Shown: positions 8,784 through 19,500 of the stretch, in pieces | How the letters are laid out: the number at the start of each line of letters is the position of its first letter | Position numbering within the stretch: position 1 is the first letter of the stretch | DNA from: an uncultured bacterium | Lineage (GTDB): Bacteria > Bacillota_I > Bacilli_A > RF39 > UBA660 | Assembly (NCBI GenBank): GCA_946611605.1 | Contig: CAMODU010000001.1 | Span: 170 to 64,169, forward strand | DNA: 64,000 nucleotides | Direction: 5' to 3' | Translations under genes and position numbers: made by a program | Notes under the pieces: generated by a model | Told to the model about the DNA's origin: nothing | What the model saw: the letters and a program-made list of their open reading frames with translations, nothing else | The model's database searches: none

Positions 8784-8806
8784 AAGGAACTAATAATAGT
8801 TCCTTT
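8783..8806. terminator. bidirectional rho-independent terminator
   Basis: AAAGGAACTA-ataa-TAGTTCCTTT 10-bp stem between convergent tetR (+) and SDR (-), T-rich on both sides. Confidence 0.6.
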
Positions 8807-8808
8807 TA

Positions 8809-9579
8809 TTATACACAAGTATATCCACCATCAATAGGTAATATTACACCAGTAACATAACTAGCTTCATCACTAGCTAAGAATATAGCACCTGCATTAA
8901 GTTCTCCTTCTTTACCATATCTTTTCATTGGTACATGATTATTAGCAAATTCTTTAAAATAATCACTATCAAGAACTTCTGTAGTTAATTCAGTATAGAA
9001 GTATCCAGGACATATAGCATTAACTGTAATGTTATATGGTGCTAGTTCAGCTGCTGCTGCTCTAGTAAAGTTAACTACTCCACCCTTAGATGAATGATAT
9101 GCTATAGTAGGTATTTCAGTATTACCTACTAGCCCATACATAGAAGCTATATTAATTATTCTTCCATAGTTATTCTTTTTCATAAGATTAGCAAATGCTC
9201 TAGTCATTTTAAATACAGATGTAAGATCAGTATTAATTGTGAAATCCCATTCATCATCTTGCATATCAAGTACACCTTTATCTTTTGATGAACCAGCACA
9301 ATTAACTAAGATATCTACTTTACCAAATTCTTTTTCAGTTAATTCAACTGCATTATTAATATCTTCTGTAGATGTTACATCACATTTAATAGGTATTATT
9401 CTAACTCCTGTAGAAGATAATTCATTTTTAAGTTCTTCTAATCTTTCTATTCTTCTTGCAAGTATAACTAGATCAGCACCTTGATTAGCAAACGCCTTAG
9501 CCATTTGTTTACCTAATCCAGATGATGCCCCAGATATAACTGCTACTCTTCCTTTTAAGTTAAACATCTTATTCACCAC
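8809..9579 (-). CDS. SDR family NAD(P)-dependent oxidoreductase (FabG/KduD-like)
   Basis: VAVISGASSGLGK Rossmann motif, NAG, catalytic YxxxK region, 256 aa. Confidence 0.8.
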   Translation of the reverse strand: MVNKMFNLKGRVAVISGASSGLGKQMAKAFANQGADLVILARRIERLEELKNELSSTGVRIIPIKCDVTSTEDINNAVELTEKEFGKVDILVNCAGSSKDKGVLDMQDDEWDFTINTDLTSVFKMTRAFANLMKKNNYGRIINIASMYGLVGNTEIPTIAYHSSKGGVVNFTRAAAAELAPYNITVNAICPGYFYTELTTEVLDSDYFKEFANNHVPMKRYGKEGELNAGAIFLASDEASYVTGVILPIDGGYTCV

Positions 9580-10468
9580 TTTCTATATATTTAATAGCAT
9601 TAGTGGCAGCAACAGCACCATCAGATGTAGCTGTAACTAATTGCCTTACTTCTTTAGTTCTATTATCACCTGCTACAAATATAAATGGTATATTAGTCTT
9701 ACAATCTTCATTAGCTATTACATAACCTTGATCATCTAGATTAATTATATTTTTATAATAATCATTTGAAGGTACTCTTCCTATAGCTACAAATAAACCA
9801 TCTATATTAATAGTATTAATAGAACCATCTTTATTAGTCACTTCTATACCAGTTAATTTATCATCACTTATTAATTTAGTTACTGTACTATTAAGTATTA
9901 ATTCTATATTATCTTTTTGTTTAATTAAATTAAATGATTTATCTTCTCCTCTGAATTCATCTCTTCTATGTATTATATATACTTTATTAGCTAAGTTAGA
10001 TAAATATAATGCATCTTCAAGTGCAGTATTACCTCCACCTACAACTGCTACATCTTTCCCTTTAAAGAATGCTCCATCACATGTAGCACAGTAAGACACT
10101 CCTTTACCTATTAATTCATCTTCATTAGGTAAACCTAACTTTCTATTATCTGATCCTGTAGCAATAATAATAGCTTTAGCATTATATTTATTATTAGCTG
10201 TAATAACTTCTTTATTATTAGTTATTTCTATTACTTTATCAAATACTATTTCAGCACCTAATTCTTTGGCTTGATTATATAAATTAGTTGCAAAGTCAAA
10301 TCCAGATATATGATTATTAGCTGGATAGTTTTCAATATCTAATGTATTAATTATTTGTCCACCATAAGATTTAGCTTCTAAAACTAATACACTCTTATTA
10401 GCTCTTCTTCCATATATAGCTGCAGTTAATCCTGCAGGTCCTGCTCCTATTATAATAATATCGTACAT
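9569..10468 (-). CDS. trxB: thioredoxin-disulfide reductase
   Basis: FAD motif IIGAGPAGLTAA, redox CATCDG, NADPH motif VAVVGGGNTALEDA. 299 aa. Confidence 0.9.
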   Translation of the reverse strand: MYDIIIIGAGPAGLTAAIYGRRANKSVLVLEAKSYGGQIINTLDIENYPANNHISGFDFATNLYNQAKELGAEIVFDKVIEITNNKEVITANNKYNAKAIIIATGSDNRKLGLPNEDELIGKGVSYCATCDGAFFKGKDVAVVGGGNTALEDALYLSNLANKVYIIHRRDEFRGEDKSFNLIKQKDNIELILNSTVTKLISDDKLTGIEVTNKDGSINTINIDGLFVAIGRVPSNDYYKNIINLDDQGYVIANEDCKTNIPFIFVAGDNRTKEVRQLVTATSDGAVAATNAIKYIESGE

Positions 10469-10469
10469 A

Positions 10470-10778
10470 TTATTTACCTCCTATGAAAGAATCTAATTCT
10501 GATCTAGATATTAAACCAACACTTCTATTTATTTCTTCACCATTTTCAATTAATACTAAACATGGTATAGAAGATATATTATATTTACTAGCTAATTCAT
10601 CTTCATTATCTACATTAATAGATACTATTTTAATATCATTATTGGATGTTGATATTTCTTCTAAAACAGGTTTCATCATTTTACATGGTCCACACCATTC
10701 AGCATTAAAATCAACTAATACTCTTTTTTCACTTTGTAATACTTCTTTATCAAAGTTATCTTTATTTACTTCTATCAT
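10470..10778 (-). CDS. trxA: thioredoxin
   Basis: WCGPCK active site, 102 aa. AGGAGG RBS inside the ohrR 3' end. TAATG 1-nt overlap with ohrR. Confidence 0.85.
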   Translation of the reverse strand: MIEVNKDNFDKEVLQSEKRVLVDFNAEWCGPCKMMKPVLEEISTSNNDIKIVSINVDNEDELASKYNISSIPCLVLIENGEEINRSVGLISRSELDSFIGGK

Positions 10779-11221
10779 TATTCTTCCTCCTTACTTAAGT
10801 TACCTACTATTTTATACATAAGAGAATATAATGTTTTAACTTCTTCTTCAGATAAGTTAATACATTTACCCATTTCACATGGAACAGATAAAGCTTTATC
10901 TCTTAAAGCTAATCCTTTTTTAGTAATAGTTACATCTAAGTTTCTTTCATCTTTTAATGATCTAGTTCTAGTAATATAATCTTTAGCTTCTAACTTCTTT
11001 AATAAAGGTGTTAAAGTACCTGAATCTAAGAATAAAGCATCACTTATATCTTTAACATTACTTGTATTATGTTCCCATAGATACATCATAGTTATATATT
11101 GAGTATATGTTAAATCTAAATCATCTAATAAAGGTGTATATCTTCTTATTATTTCTTTTGAACATAAATAAATAGGAAAACATAATTGATTCTTAAGAGT
11201 TAATGAATCATATTTATTCAT
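10778..11221 (-). CDS. ohrR: MarR-family organic hydroperoxide resistance regulator OhrR
   Basis: LKNQLCFPIYLCSKEIIRRYTPLLDDLDLTYTQYITMMYLWEH and DSGTLTPLLKKLE closely parallel B. subtilis OhrR (recalled from memory), including the sensing Cys in the QLCF motif. Confidence 0.8.
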   Translation of the reverse strand: MNKYDSLTLKNQLCFPIYLCSKEIIRRYTPLLDDLDLTYTQYITMMYLWEHNTSNVKDISDALFLDSGTLTPLLKKLEAKDYITRTRSLKDERNLDVTITKKGLALRDKALSVPCEMGKCINLSEEEVKTLYSLMYKIVGNLSKEEE

Positions 11222-11233
11222 ACAATCACTTCC

Positions 11234-11773
11234 TTATAATAATTCTAATATATCTTTTTCTATATTAGCTGGATCAAATGTAGGATCATATCTTTTAACA
11301 GCATTACCATCTTTATCAACTAAGAACTTAGTAAAGTTCCATTTAATATCTGATTGTTTCTTACATGTAGTACTTATCTTAGATACTGCTTTCATAGCCA
11401 TTTTATTCTTAAGTCCTACTATTTCTTCAGCAGGTTGTTGTTCTTTTAAGATTTTAAATACTTCAGATTCATTTTCACCATTTACATCTATTTTATCAAA
11501 TTGATCAAACTTAGTATTATATTTAGCAGTACAGAATTCATGTATTTCATCATTACTACCTGGTGCTTGATGTCCGAATTGATTACATGGGAAATCTAAC
11601 ACTTCAAATCCTTTGTCATGATATTTTTCATATAACTTCTCTATTCCTTCATATTGTGGAGTAAATCCACATCCTGTAGCAGTATTAACTACTAATGATA
11701 CTTTCCCTTTCAAATTATTTAAATCAAAAACACTACCAGATCTTGTTTTTACTTTTAAATCATATATATTCAT
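11234..11773 (-). CDS. gpx: glutathione peroxidase
   Basis: VVNTATGCGFTPQYEGIEKLYEKY and FPCNQFGHQAPG are classic Gpx motifs. AAAAGGAGA RBS. Confidence 0.85.
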   Translation of the reverse strand: MNIYDLKVKTRSGSVFDLNNLKGKVSLVVNTATGCGFTPQYEGIEKLYEKYHDKGFEVLDFPCNQFGHQAPGSNDEIHEFCTAKYNTKFDQFDKIDVNGENESEVFKILKEQQPAEEIVGLKNKMAMKAVSKISTTCKKQSDIKWNFTKFLVDKDGNAVKRYDPTFDPANIEKDILELL

Positions 11774-11795
11774 ACTAATTTCTCCTTTTTGGTTG

Positions 11796-11835
11796 TACGC
11801 AATTTAATTGTACCCTGTTAAATAAGGTTTGTCAA
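11796..11835 (-). promoter_or_regulatory. near-consensus sigma-A promoter TTGACA-N17-TACAAT with an OhrR-box-like inverted repeat overlapping the -10
   Basis: On the minus strand: TTGACA (11835-11830), 17-nt spacer, TACAAT (11812-11807), then TACAATTAAATTGcgTAC. This resembles the B. subtilis ohrA operator TACAATT-AAATTGTA. Confidence 0.6.
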
Positions 11836-11846
11836 TAAAAAAGAAG

Positions 11847-13394
11847 TTATTCACTAACTTCTTCTTTATTATCATTTCCAACTAAACCTAATTTATCTAG
11901 TTCATCATAGAATCTTACATCATTTATATCTAGATCAGAAATAGATAAATATTCATAGTTAATTAATTCTTGAATATCATCTATTACTTTATCTAAATGA
12001 TCAGGTTCTAATGTTTCAGGTTGTAGATTAAAGTCATTTAAATTATATTTATTAATTATTAATAATTTAATTTCTTTTTCATCTAATAAAGCTAAATGAT
12101 TTAATAAACTAAAATCTATATAATCTAAACTATCCTTTAATTCTTCAAAGTTAAATGTTATATCTTGTAATGGAATATTTTCATCATGTTTCTTATATTC
12201 ATATACAAAATATAAGTAATTAGATGTAATAAAATCAAATATAACATCTACACTTGAATCTTTAGATAACTTATTATAAATAGTATCATTGAAACATATA
12301 TCATCAAACTTATCAAACTTATCTAATAAAGATTTAATAGTTTCATTATAATTGAATAGCCATTTTTCATCACTCTTCTTCTTAAAGAATAATATAGGTT
12401 TCTTATCTCTACTAGCATTTAACTTTCTTATCTTGTTTTCATCTTGTTGTATTTCTTTAATAGCATTAGCTTTTAAACCTTTATAAGAATCTTTATTATC
12501 TAATCTTTCTTTCATATTATTAAGTAAGAAAGAATAATCTAATAATAATTTATATTCCAATAAAGAATACTTAAACTTAAGTAGATTTTCTAATGAATAA
12601 CCATTATCTTTAAAATATAAGTATTTAGTTTTAGCTATATCAGCATCATTAAAGTCACCTAATAGCCATTCCTTATTCTTAAATTTATTAAATAATATAT
12701 AAGGATCAACACTTTCAATATGTTCAATTTGATTAATTAATTTTTCTTTTAAATTCTTAATCTCTTGTTCTGAATGTTCTTTTAAGAATTCTTGATGTCT
12801 ATCAACATAGTATTTTTGTATTTTCTTTTCATATCTTATATATATACTCTTAAAATTAATCTCAATAATTTTAATTATTTCAGGAACATGCCAATAGAAA
12901 TCTTCGAAGGCATTAACTAATTCTTCTTCAGACTTATTATTAATAATCATATCAACATATATAGCAGCATGATGATTATAATCAAAGTCAGCCTTAGTTA
13001 ATTCTATTCCTACCTTCTTAAATGCATCTAATACTTTTCTAATTACTTGATTAATACTACGTAGATCTTCTTTATAGAATCTATGTAATTGATATAAGTA
13101 ATAATCTAAATGCATTTTTTCATATGGAGTATTATATTCATTCCATTCATTTAAAATATTACAATTTTCTAATTCCTTCTTTAGATTATCTATTTCAGGA
13201 TTAGGTTGATATACATCAAATCGAGTAAGACGAGATTTAATCTCATCTTCCACGATCTTTAATTGTTCATTTACTTCATTTTCTGCATCTAATACTACTT
13301 TTTCTCTTTTCTTTCTTTGATCAACTGTTTTAGTTGGTAAGACTTCAATGACACCTTTAAATTCTTCTATTTTATTTTCTAATTCTTCTATCAT
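11847..13394 (-). CDS. hypothetical acidic, largely alpha-helical cytoplasmic protein (515 aa)
   Basis: No TM or signal, no recognisable motif. Start overlaps the stop of the upstream 39-aa ORF (ATGA). Confidence 0.5.
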   Translation of the reverse strand: MIEELENKIEEFKGVIEVLPTKTVDQRKKREKVVLDAENEVNEQLKIVEDEIKSRLTRFDVYQPNPEIDNLKKELENCNILNEWNEYNTPYEKMHLDYYLYQLHRFYKEDLRSINQVIRKVLDAFKKVGIELTKADFDYNHHAAIYVDMIINNKSEEELVNAFEDFYWHVPEIIKIIEINFKSIYIRYEKKIQKYYVDRHQEFLKEHSEQEIKNLKEKLINQIEHIESVDPYILFNKFKNKEWLLGDFNDADIAKTKYLYFKDNGYSLENLLKFKYSLLEYKLLLDYSFLLNNMKERLDNKDSYKGLKANAIKEIQQDENKIRKLNASRDKKPILFFKKKSDEKWLFNYNETIKSLLDKFDKFDDICFNDTIYNKLSKDSSVDVIFDFITSNYLYFVYEYKKHDENIPLQDITFNFEELKDSLDYIDFSLLNHLALLDEKEIKLLIINKYNLNDFNLQPETLEPDHLDKVIDDIQELINYEYLSISDLDINDVRFYDELDKLGLVGNDNKEEVSE

Positions 13395-13510
13395 TTCTTC
13401 TCACCAGCCTCTTGATTCTTCTCGGCTTTTATTACATCTAAATAATCTAATAATAGACGATATAATTGTATTATTTCAGCATTAGATAAATCTTTAATTT
13501 TTTCTTTCAT
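13391..13510 (-). CDS. unannotated 39-aa ORF (MKEKIKDLSNAEIIQLYRLLLDYLDVIKAEKNQEAGEKK), translationally coupled (ATGA overlap) to the 515-aa gene
   Basis: Hand translation. GTGAGG RBS 8 nt upstream of ATG 13510. Lies 10 nt downstream of the giant gene stop. Confidence 0.4.
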   Translation of the reverse strand: MKEKIKDLSNAEIIQLYRLLLDYLDVIKAEKNQEAGEKK

Positions 13511-13520
13511 GTTGATAACC

Positions 13521-16500
13521 TCACTTTATAATTATATACCTAGTTACATCTCCAATGAAAGTAGAGTTGTCATATAGTTTAAATACTAATCTATATGTAC
13601 CTGTTGTCATTGTTTCTTTCATCTTAAATGAATAATCTATAGATGCAACTGGTCTACCAGATAATATGTATTCATGATTATTTTCAGATGGGGTTAATTC
13701 TTGATCTATAAAATCTTGTAAATCCACTTCAACATAATCAGTGTCATAATAATCATCATATGTTCTTCTATACATTTGAATTCTAGTATTAGGATTACTT
13801 AATAATGAATTATACTTAATATTAAAGTTCAATGATTTATCATTATTAGTTCCATTAAATATAACTGAATTATCACTTATAGTAGGATTAATACCATACT
13901 TACTATTGATAATAGTTTTATTCATTTCAAATGTATAAGATGTATCAGAGAAGTATATACCATCAGGAGATCCAAATGCTTCAAATACAAATTTATAATC
14001 ACCTGAAGGTAAGTTAGAATTTTCTGTATTGAATGTAATCCACTTTTTAACATTACCTACTTTTTCAGCAATACTCATATGTGTAATACCATCAATATCA
14101 GAATAATACTTAACTCCATCCATTTGGAAATAACATCCTGTAAGGTCAGTTCCTGATACTATATGACCATCTTCTGTTTCTAAATGTATTTGTAATCCTA
14201 ATTTAGAATCAAAGTATTGTGTATCTATTACTGCAGTTCCACTGTCAGATGAATTATGATAATCAATTGTTACATCCATATTATCATTATAACCAATATA
14301 TAATGTATTATTCTTAGATGTAGCTACACCATTAATAATTGAATCTTTATTAGCATATATATTATATGTTAATTGATTATGTTCAATACCTAATACAGTT
14401 ACTAAGGTTTCATCTTGATCATCTCTTAATTCAATTAATAACCTAGAATTCATTTTATCAGTTGTTATATTAGCATCTGATAAATCAACTATAAATATAA
14501 ATTCTTCTGAACTATCTCTTCCATCATAATAAATACTATTCATGTATTCATCATTATATTTCTGAGATGTATCATCTGTACCCATCCTTGTAAAATTAGA
14601 CAATGGATAAGATGCTTCATGATGAATTCTTAATTCATTTGTTGCTCTAGCCTCTTCATCAGGAGTAACTATATAGTAATAGTAATAAGGTTCATCATTA
14701 GTATAATCTATCATAGTTATTTTAGTATTAGTTGGGAACACAATATTTGAAGATAATACTCTATGATAACCTTCTTTATATAAATTATTGTTTTCTGAAT
14801 ATATAGAGTAATAAGCAGAGAATTTACTCTTAGCTGATATATTAGTTGTTGTTGATGCAAACAACTCATACTTATCACCTGGAGTCATAGCTCCTTCATA
14901 TTCATCAGTTTGGAATAATGCAGTAGACATATTAACATTGATAACTAATCTTCTTACTTTACTCTCTAATGCACTTTCCTTTGTTATTGCCATTATTGAA
15001 ATTCTAACAGTTCCTAATTCTTTCTCTTCAGAGATATTTTTAGAATGGTATAAATAGAAAAGCATAGTTGGAACATTGCTAGAGTTTTCACCTACATAAT
15101 AATCTTGTCCACTCATAGATGGTTCACCAGTATAGAATGAGGTCTTACCTTTTGTTAACCATCCAGAGTTTGATGCTTCCATAGATAAACCAAATACATT
15201 ATTTTCAGTTCCTTCACCTATTCTAGGTATTTGATCTTTATCCACTAATGATATACCATCAGCTACATCATTAGCATTTGAATTTAATATTTGGAATGAT
15301 GTATTAGGTGCAGAGAATTCTAAGAATGATAACTCTGTAGATCCTAATGTAGAATACTTAGATGCTACTAGATTAACATTATATTCAATAACATTCTCAC
15401 CTATAAACCACATATAGAAGTTTGAACTTTCTGGTGTTGGTTCAATATATTTAACTTCATTTATTAAAGTATCTTCATCCATATAATTAGAATAGAATCC
15501 ATTTACTCTAATATCATGATTAGTTTGATGTTTACCTAATACATATGAACCACGGTCAAATGTTTCAGCATATGAAACATGATCACCATTGTTAACTGTA
15601 TGAGAGTAAATACCTGTATGAACATGACCATTACCATCATAGTTATACATACCAAAGAATGACATACCTTGAACATCACCATAATCAGTAACTTGTTGGT
15701 CTCTTGCAATATTTAAGTTTTTACCTTCATACATATATATTCTATTATCAACATTACGAGTAACATTACCATCTTCTATTTGAACAGTAGCTAAGTTATC
15801 ATCTTTATCAACTGATCTATATACTTCAAGTAAGTTAGCACCTGCTTCTAAATATAAATCAGAATTATCTTTTAATGTTAATAATGGAACTCTTGATATA
15901 GCAAATAATTCTTTATCATAATCATTAGCTCTATCCATTGCACCTGTTAATATCATACTTGAGTTTTCTATAGTTGCATAAGTAACTCTTTGAATAGATA
16001 TATTCTTTTGAGGATTATCTCTTGATCCATAGTTCTTAATATTTAAGCAACTATCACCTGCAGATGTAGATGCATTACCACCACCATAGAAAGAACCATC
16101 TATTTTGTATGAATCATAATCAGTTGCATCAATATTAATTTCTGTTCCTTCTGTAACAGATATAAAGTACCAGTCATATATTTCAGATCCAGCAGCATTA
16201 GCTTCACCACCACCAAAGATATGACCTTTAATATATATTGGTGATTTAGTTAATCCATCCATAGATGATAAATTATTAGCTCCTATATTAACTAATGCAT
16301 TACCATTTATAACTGATGTATTAGCTCCACCATATACATTACCATATATTGTTCCACCTACTATATCAACAGTAGATGTAGAATTACCTAATTCAGTACC
16401 AGTGAAAGCTTTATTACCTCCACCAAATACACATCCAGATGCCGGAGTAATAGATTCAGGTGTACCAACAATTGTATTACCATCTACTACTATATGTGTA

Positions 16501-19500
16501 TTACCTTGTACTGTTGCACTGTTACCATTACCACCTGCATAAGCAGAACCACCTATTGTTACATCAGTAACATTAACATGTGTATTACCATATACAACAC
16601 CATAGTTACCTCCACCATAGATGTTACCAGTTATAGTACCTCCATTAATATCAACATGTGTATCTTCATTAACTGAAGCATAATTAGCTCCACCATAGAT
16701 ATCAGTAATGGTACCTTTAGTTAAAGTAATATTTGTATTACCTACATCAGCATTATTACCTCCACCATATACTTTATAGATTCTGCCATCAGTATTTATT
16801 TCTATTTGAGTACTTGGTACAGTACCAGTATTATTAGAACCACCATAAATATTATTGATATTACCACCATTAATATATACATGTGATTGATCTAATCCTG
16901 CTGAGTTTCCTCCACCAAAGATAGTACCTATTTCACCATTATTAATATTTAATGTAGTATTACCACTGTTGGCTTGATTACCTCCACCATAAATTGTATT
17001 AGTTCTACCACCATTATAATTAATAGTTGAAGTAATAGTGTTACCACCAGCATTATTACCACCAAAGATATTATCAATAGTACCTGTTGTTACATTTATA
17101 GTTGATGTATTAACAGTTCCTGATGAATTAGATCCACCAAAGATATTTCCATATTCACCAGTTACTATATCTAAATTAACAGTAGTAACACTTGCTGAAT
17201 TACCTCCACCATATACATTATTAATTTTACCTGTATGTGTTTTAATTGATACATTAGATGTAGCAGTATTAACTTCATTACCACCACCATAGATATCTCC
17301 TATAGAAGCAGTACCTTCAACAGTAATATTAGATGTATTACATGTACCACCTTTATTATTTCCACCAAAGATAGAACCAATAGTACCAGCATTAATTAAT
17401 AATGTTGTTGATGTAACATTACCTGAGTTATTAGAACCACCATAGATATTTGTTACATTAGAACCATTAGCATATACATGTGTATTAGTAACTCCTGATG
17501 AATTACCTCCACCAAATACATTTGTTATAGTTCCACCATTTAAATAAATATTATTATCTTTTGAATGTGATCCAGCTAAATCGTTACCACCATATACATT
17601 AGTTACATTACCACCATTAATATCAACTTCAATATTACCTAATACATATGGAGTATATTGATTACTACCTTCACCACCACCAAATACTGAACCAGTTACA
17701 ATACCATTATGAACAATTACTTTAGTATTACCACCAGCAGTAGATTGATTAGTTGTAGTACCATTAACAGTACCATATCCAGAACCACCATATACATTAC
17801 CTTTAATAGTTGGTACATTTAATATTTCTTCTTGTCCAACTACTACATTTGTATCCTTAGCAATAAATGTGTTTTGACCTTTACCACCACCATAGACATT
17901 TGTATTGATAGTTCCATCTTTAATATTTAAGTTTGTAGAACCATATATAGTACCAGATACATTAGATCCACCAAATATATTACCTAATACAGTTCCACCT
18001 GTTTGATTGATAGTAACTGTAGCACTCTTATTATTAGTACCAGCACCATTTTGGTTACCACCACCATAGACATCTTGTCTAATAGTACCACCTAAGATAT
18101 TAATAATTGTTTCAGTAGTATTAGAAGAACTAGATACACCAGTTGCACCATAGTTACCTCCACCATATACTGAACCTTTAATATCAGCATTACCATCTAT
18201 TATTAAATATGAGTTATCATTTGATCCAATACCAGAGTATCCACTCTTACCATTACCATTACCAAATACTGAACCAGATGCTATACCCCACATCTTAGTA
18301 TTATTACTTACTAATGTATCATCACCTATAGTTGCATTACCACCGATATAAATATATGATGAACCATTTACTGTACCATCTCCATCATTGGCATCACTAC
18401 CAGAACCATTAGATCCACCTAGTACACCATAATTAACTTTACCACCAGTAACAGAAATAATACGGTTACCATAAGTAGGAGATCTACCTGCACCACCAAT
18501 GATAACATCAACATTACCACCAGTCATATAAATATATGTATCATTATAAGATGCTCTAGATGAGTCTGTTAATGGACCACCAATCATATTGTTGACCCAT
18601 CCACCTTCCATCTTAATCTTTCTTGCAGCATAATGAGTACCACCAGTTAATCCACCAACATAGATACCTGTATACATATCGGCTTGAGATGTACCAAACT
18701 TACCACTCTTAACAGTTAAGTCTGTAGCACACTCTTCAGTTGATCTAACAGTACCAGAGAATGATGATGCAGCTTCATAATAAACTGATAAGTTATTATT
18801 ATCCGGATCTAATATTTTATCTATATCAGAACCAAATGTTGTTTTGTTAGCTACATATATAGATGCACTTGTATTATATGGAAGTGTTAAAGCAGTTGAA
18901 CTGAAATGACCTGATTCAATAATCATATTATATTTAGTTGAACTACTAGATGATCCTGTACTAGAAGATCCACCCCATATATAATCAAATGTTGCATTGT
19001 TTGTATTATATTGTTTAATACCTCTACCAAGTTTTAAATTATGCCAGTTAGCATTTAAGGTTGCATAGTATGTTGTACTACCGAACCATCCACCAGATGA
19101 AGCACTAGTTTGAGGATCGACAGTATTAAATTGTTTACTGTTATAAATAGTTAAATGTTCAATAGTAGTATCATTGTATAAAGTTATATTATTACTTGTA
19201 ACAGACCAATCATATGTTGTTTGTCTTCCATTATGTAATCCTGTTAAAGTAAATGGTTTATTATTACCACTATCCCAATAAGATGTAATATCACCAGTTA
19301 AATAAGCTATATTAGTATCTCTTGTAACTAAATAATAATATTCTCTACCAAAATCTACAACTGGTCTATTACCATTTTCATCATATGATTGTAATAATTC
19401 ATAGTAAGTACATTTAGCTTGATTACATGTACCTGATACTTGATTACCACTTAAATCATAATAACCTGCATAAGACGTTCCACGGTCGAAGTCTCTTTCC

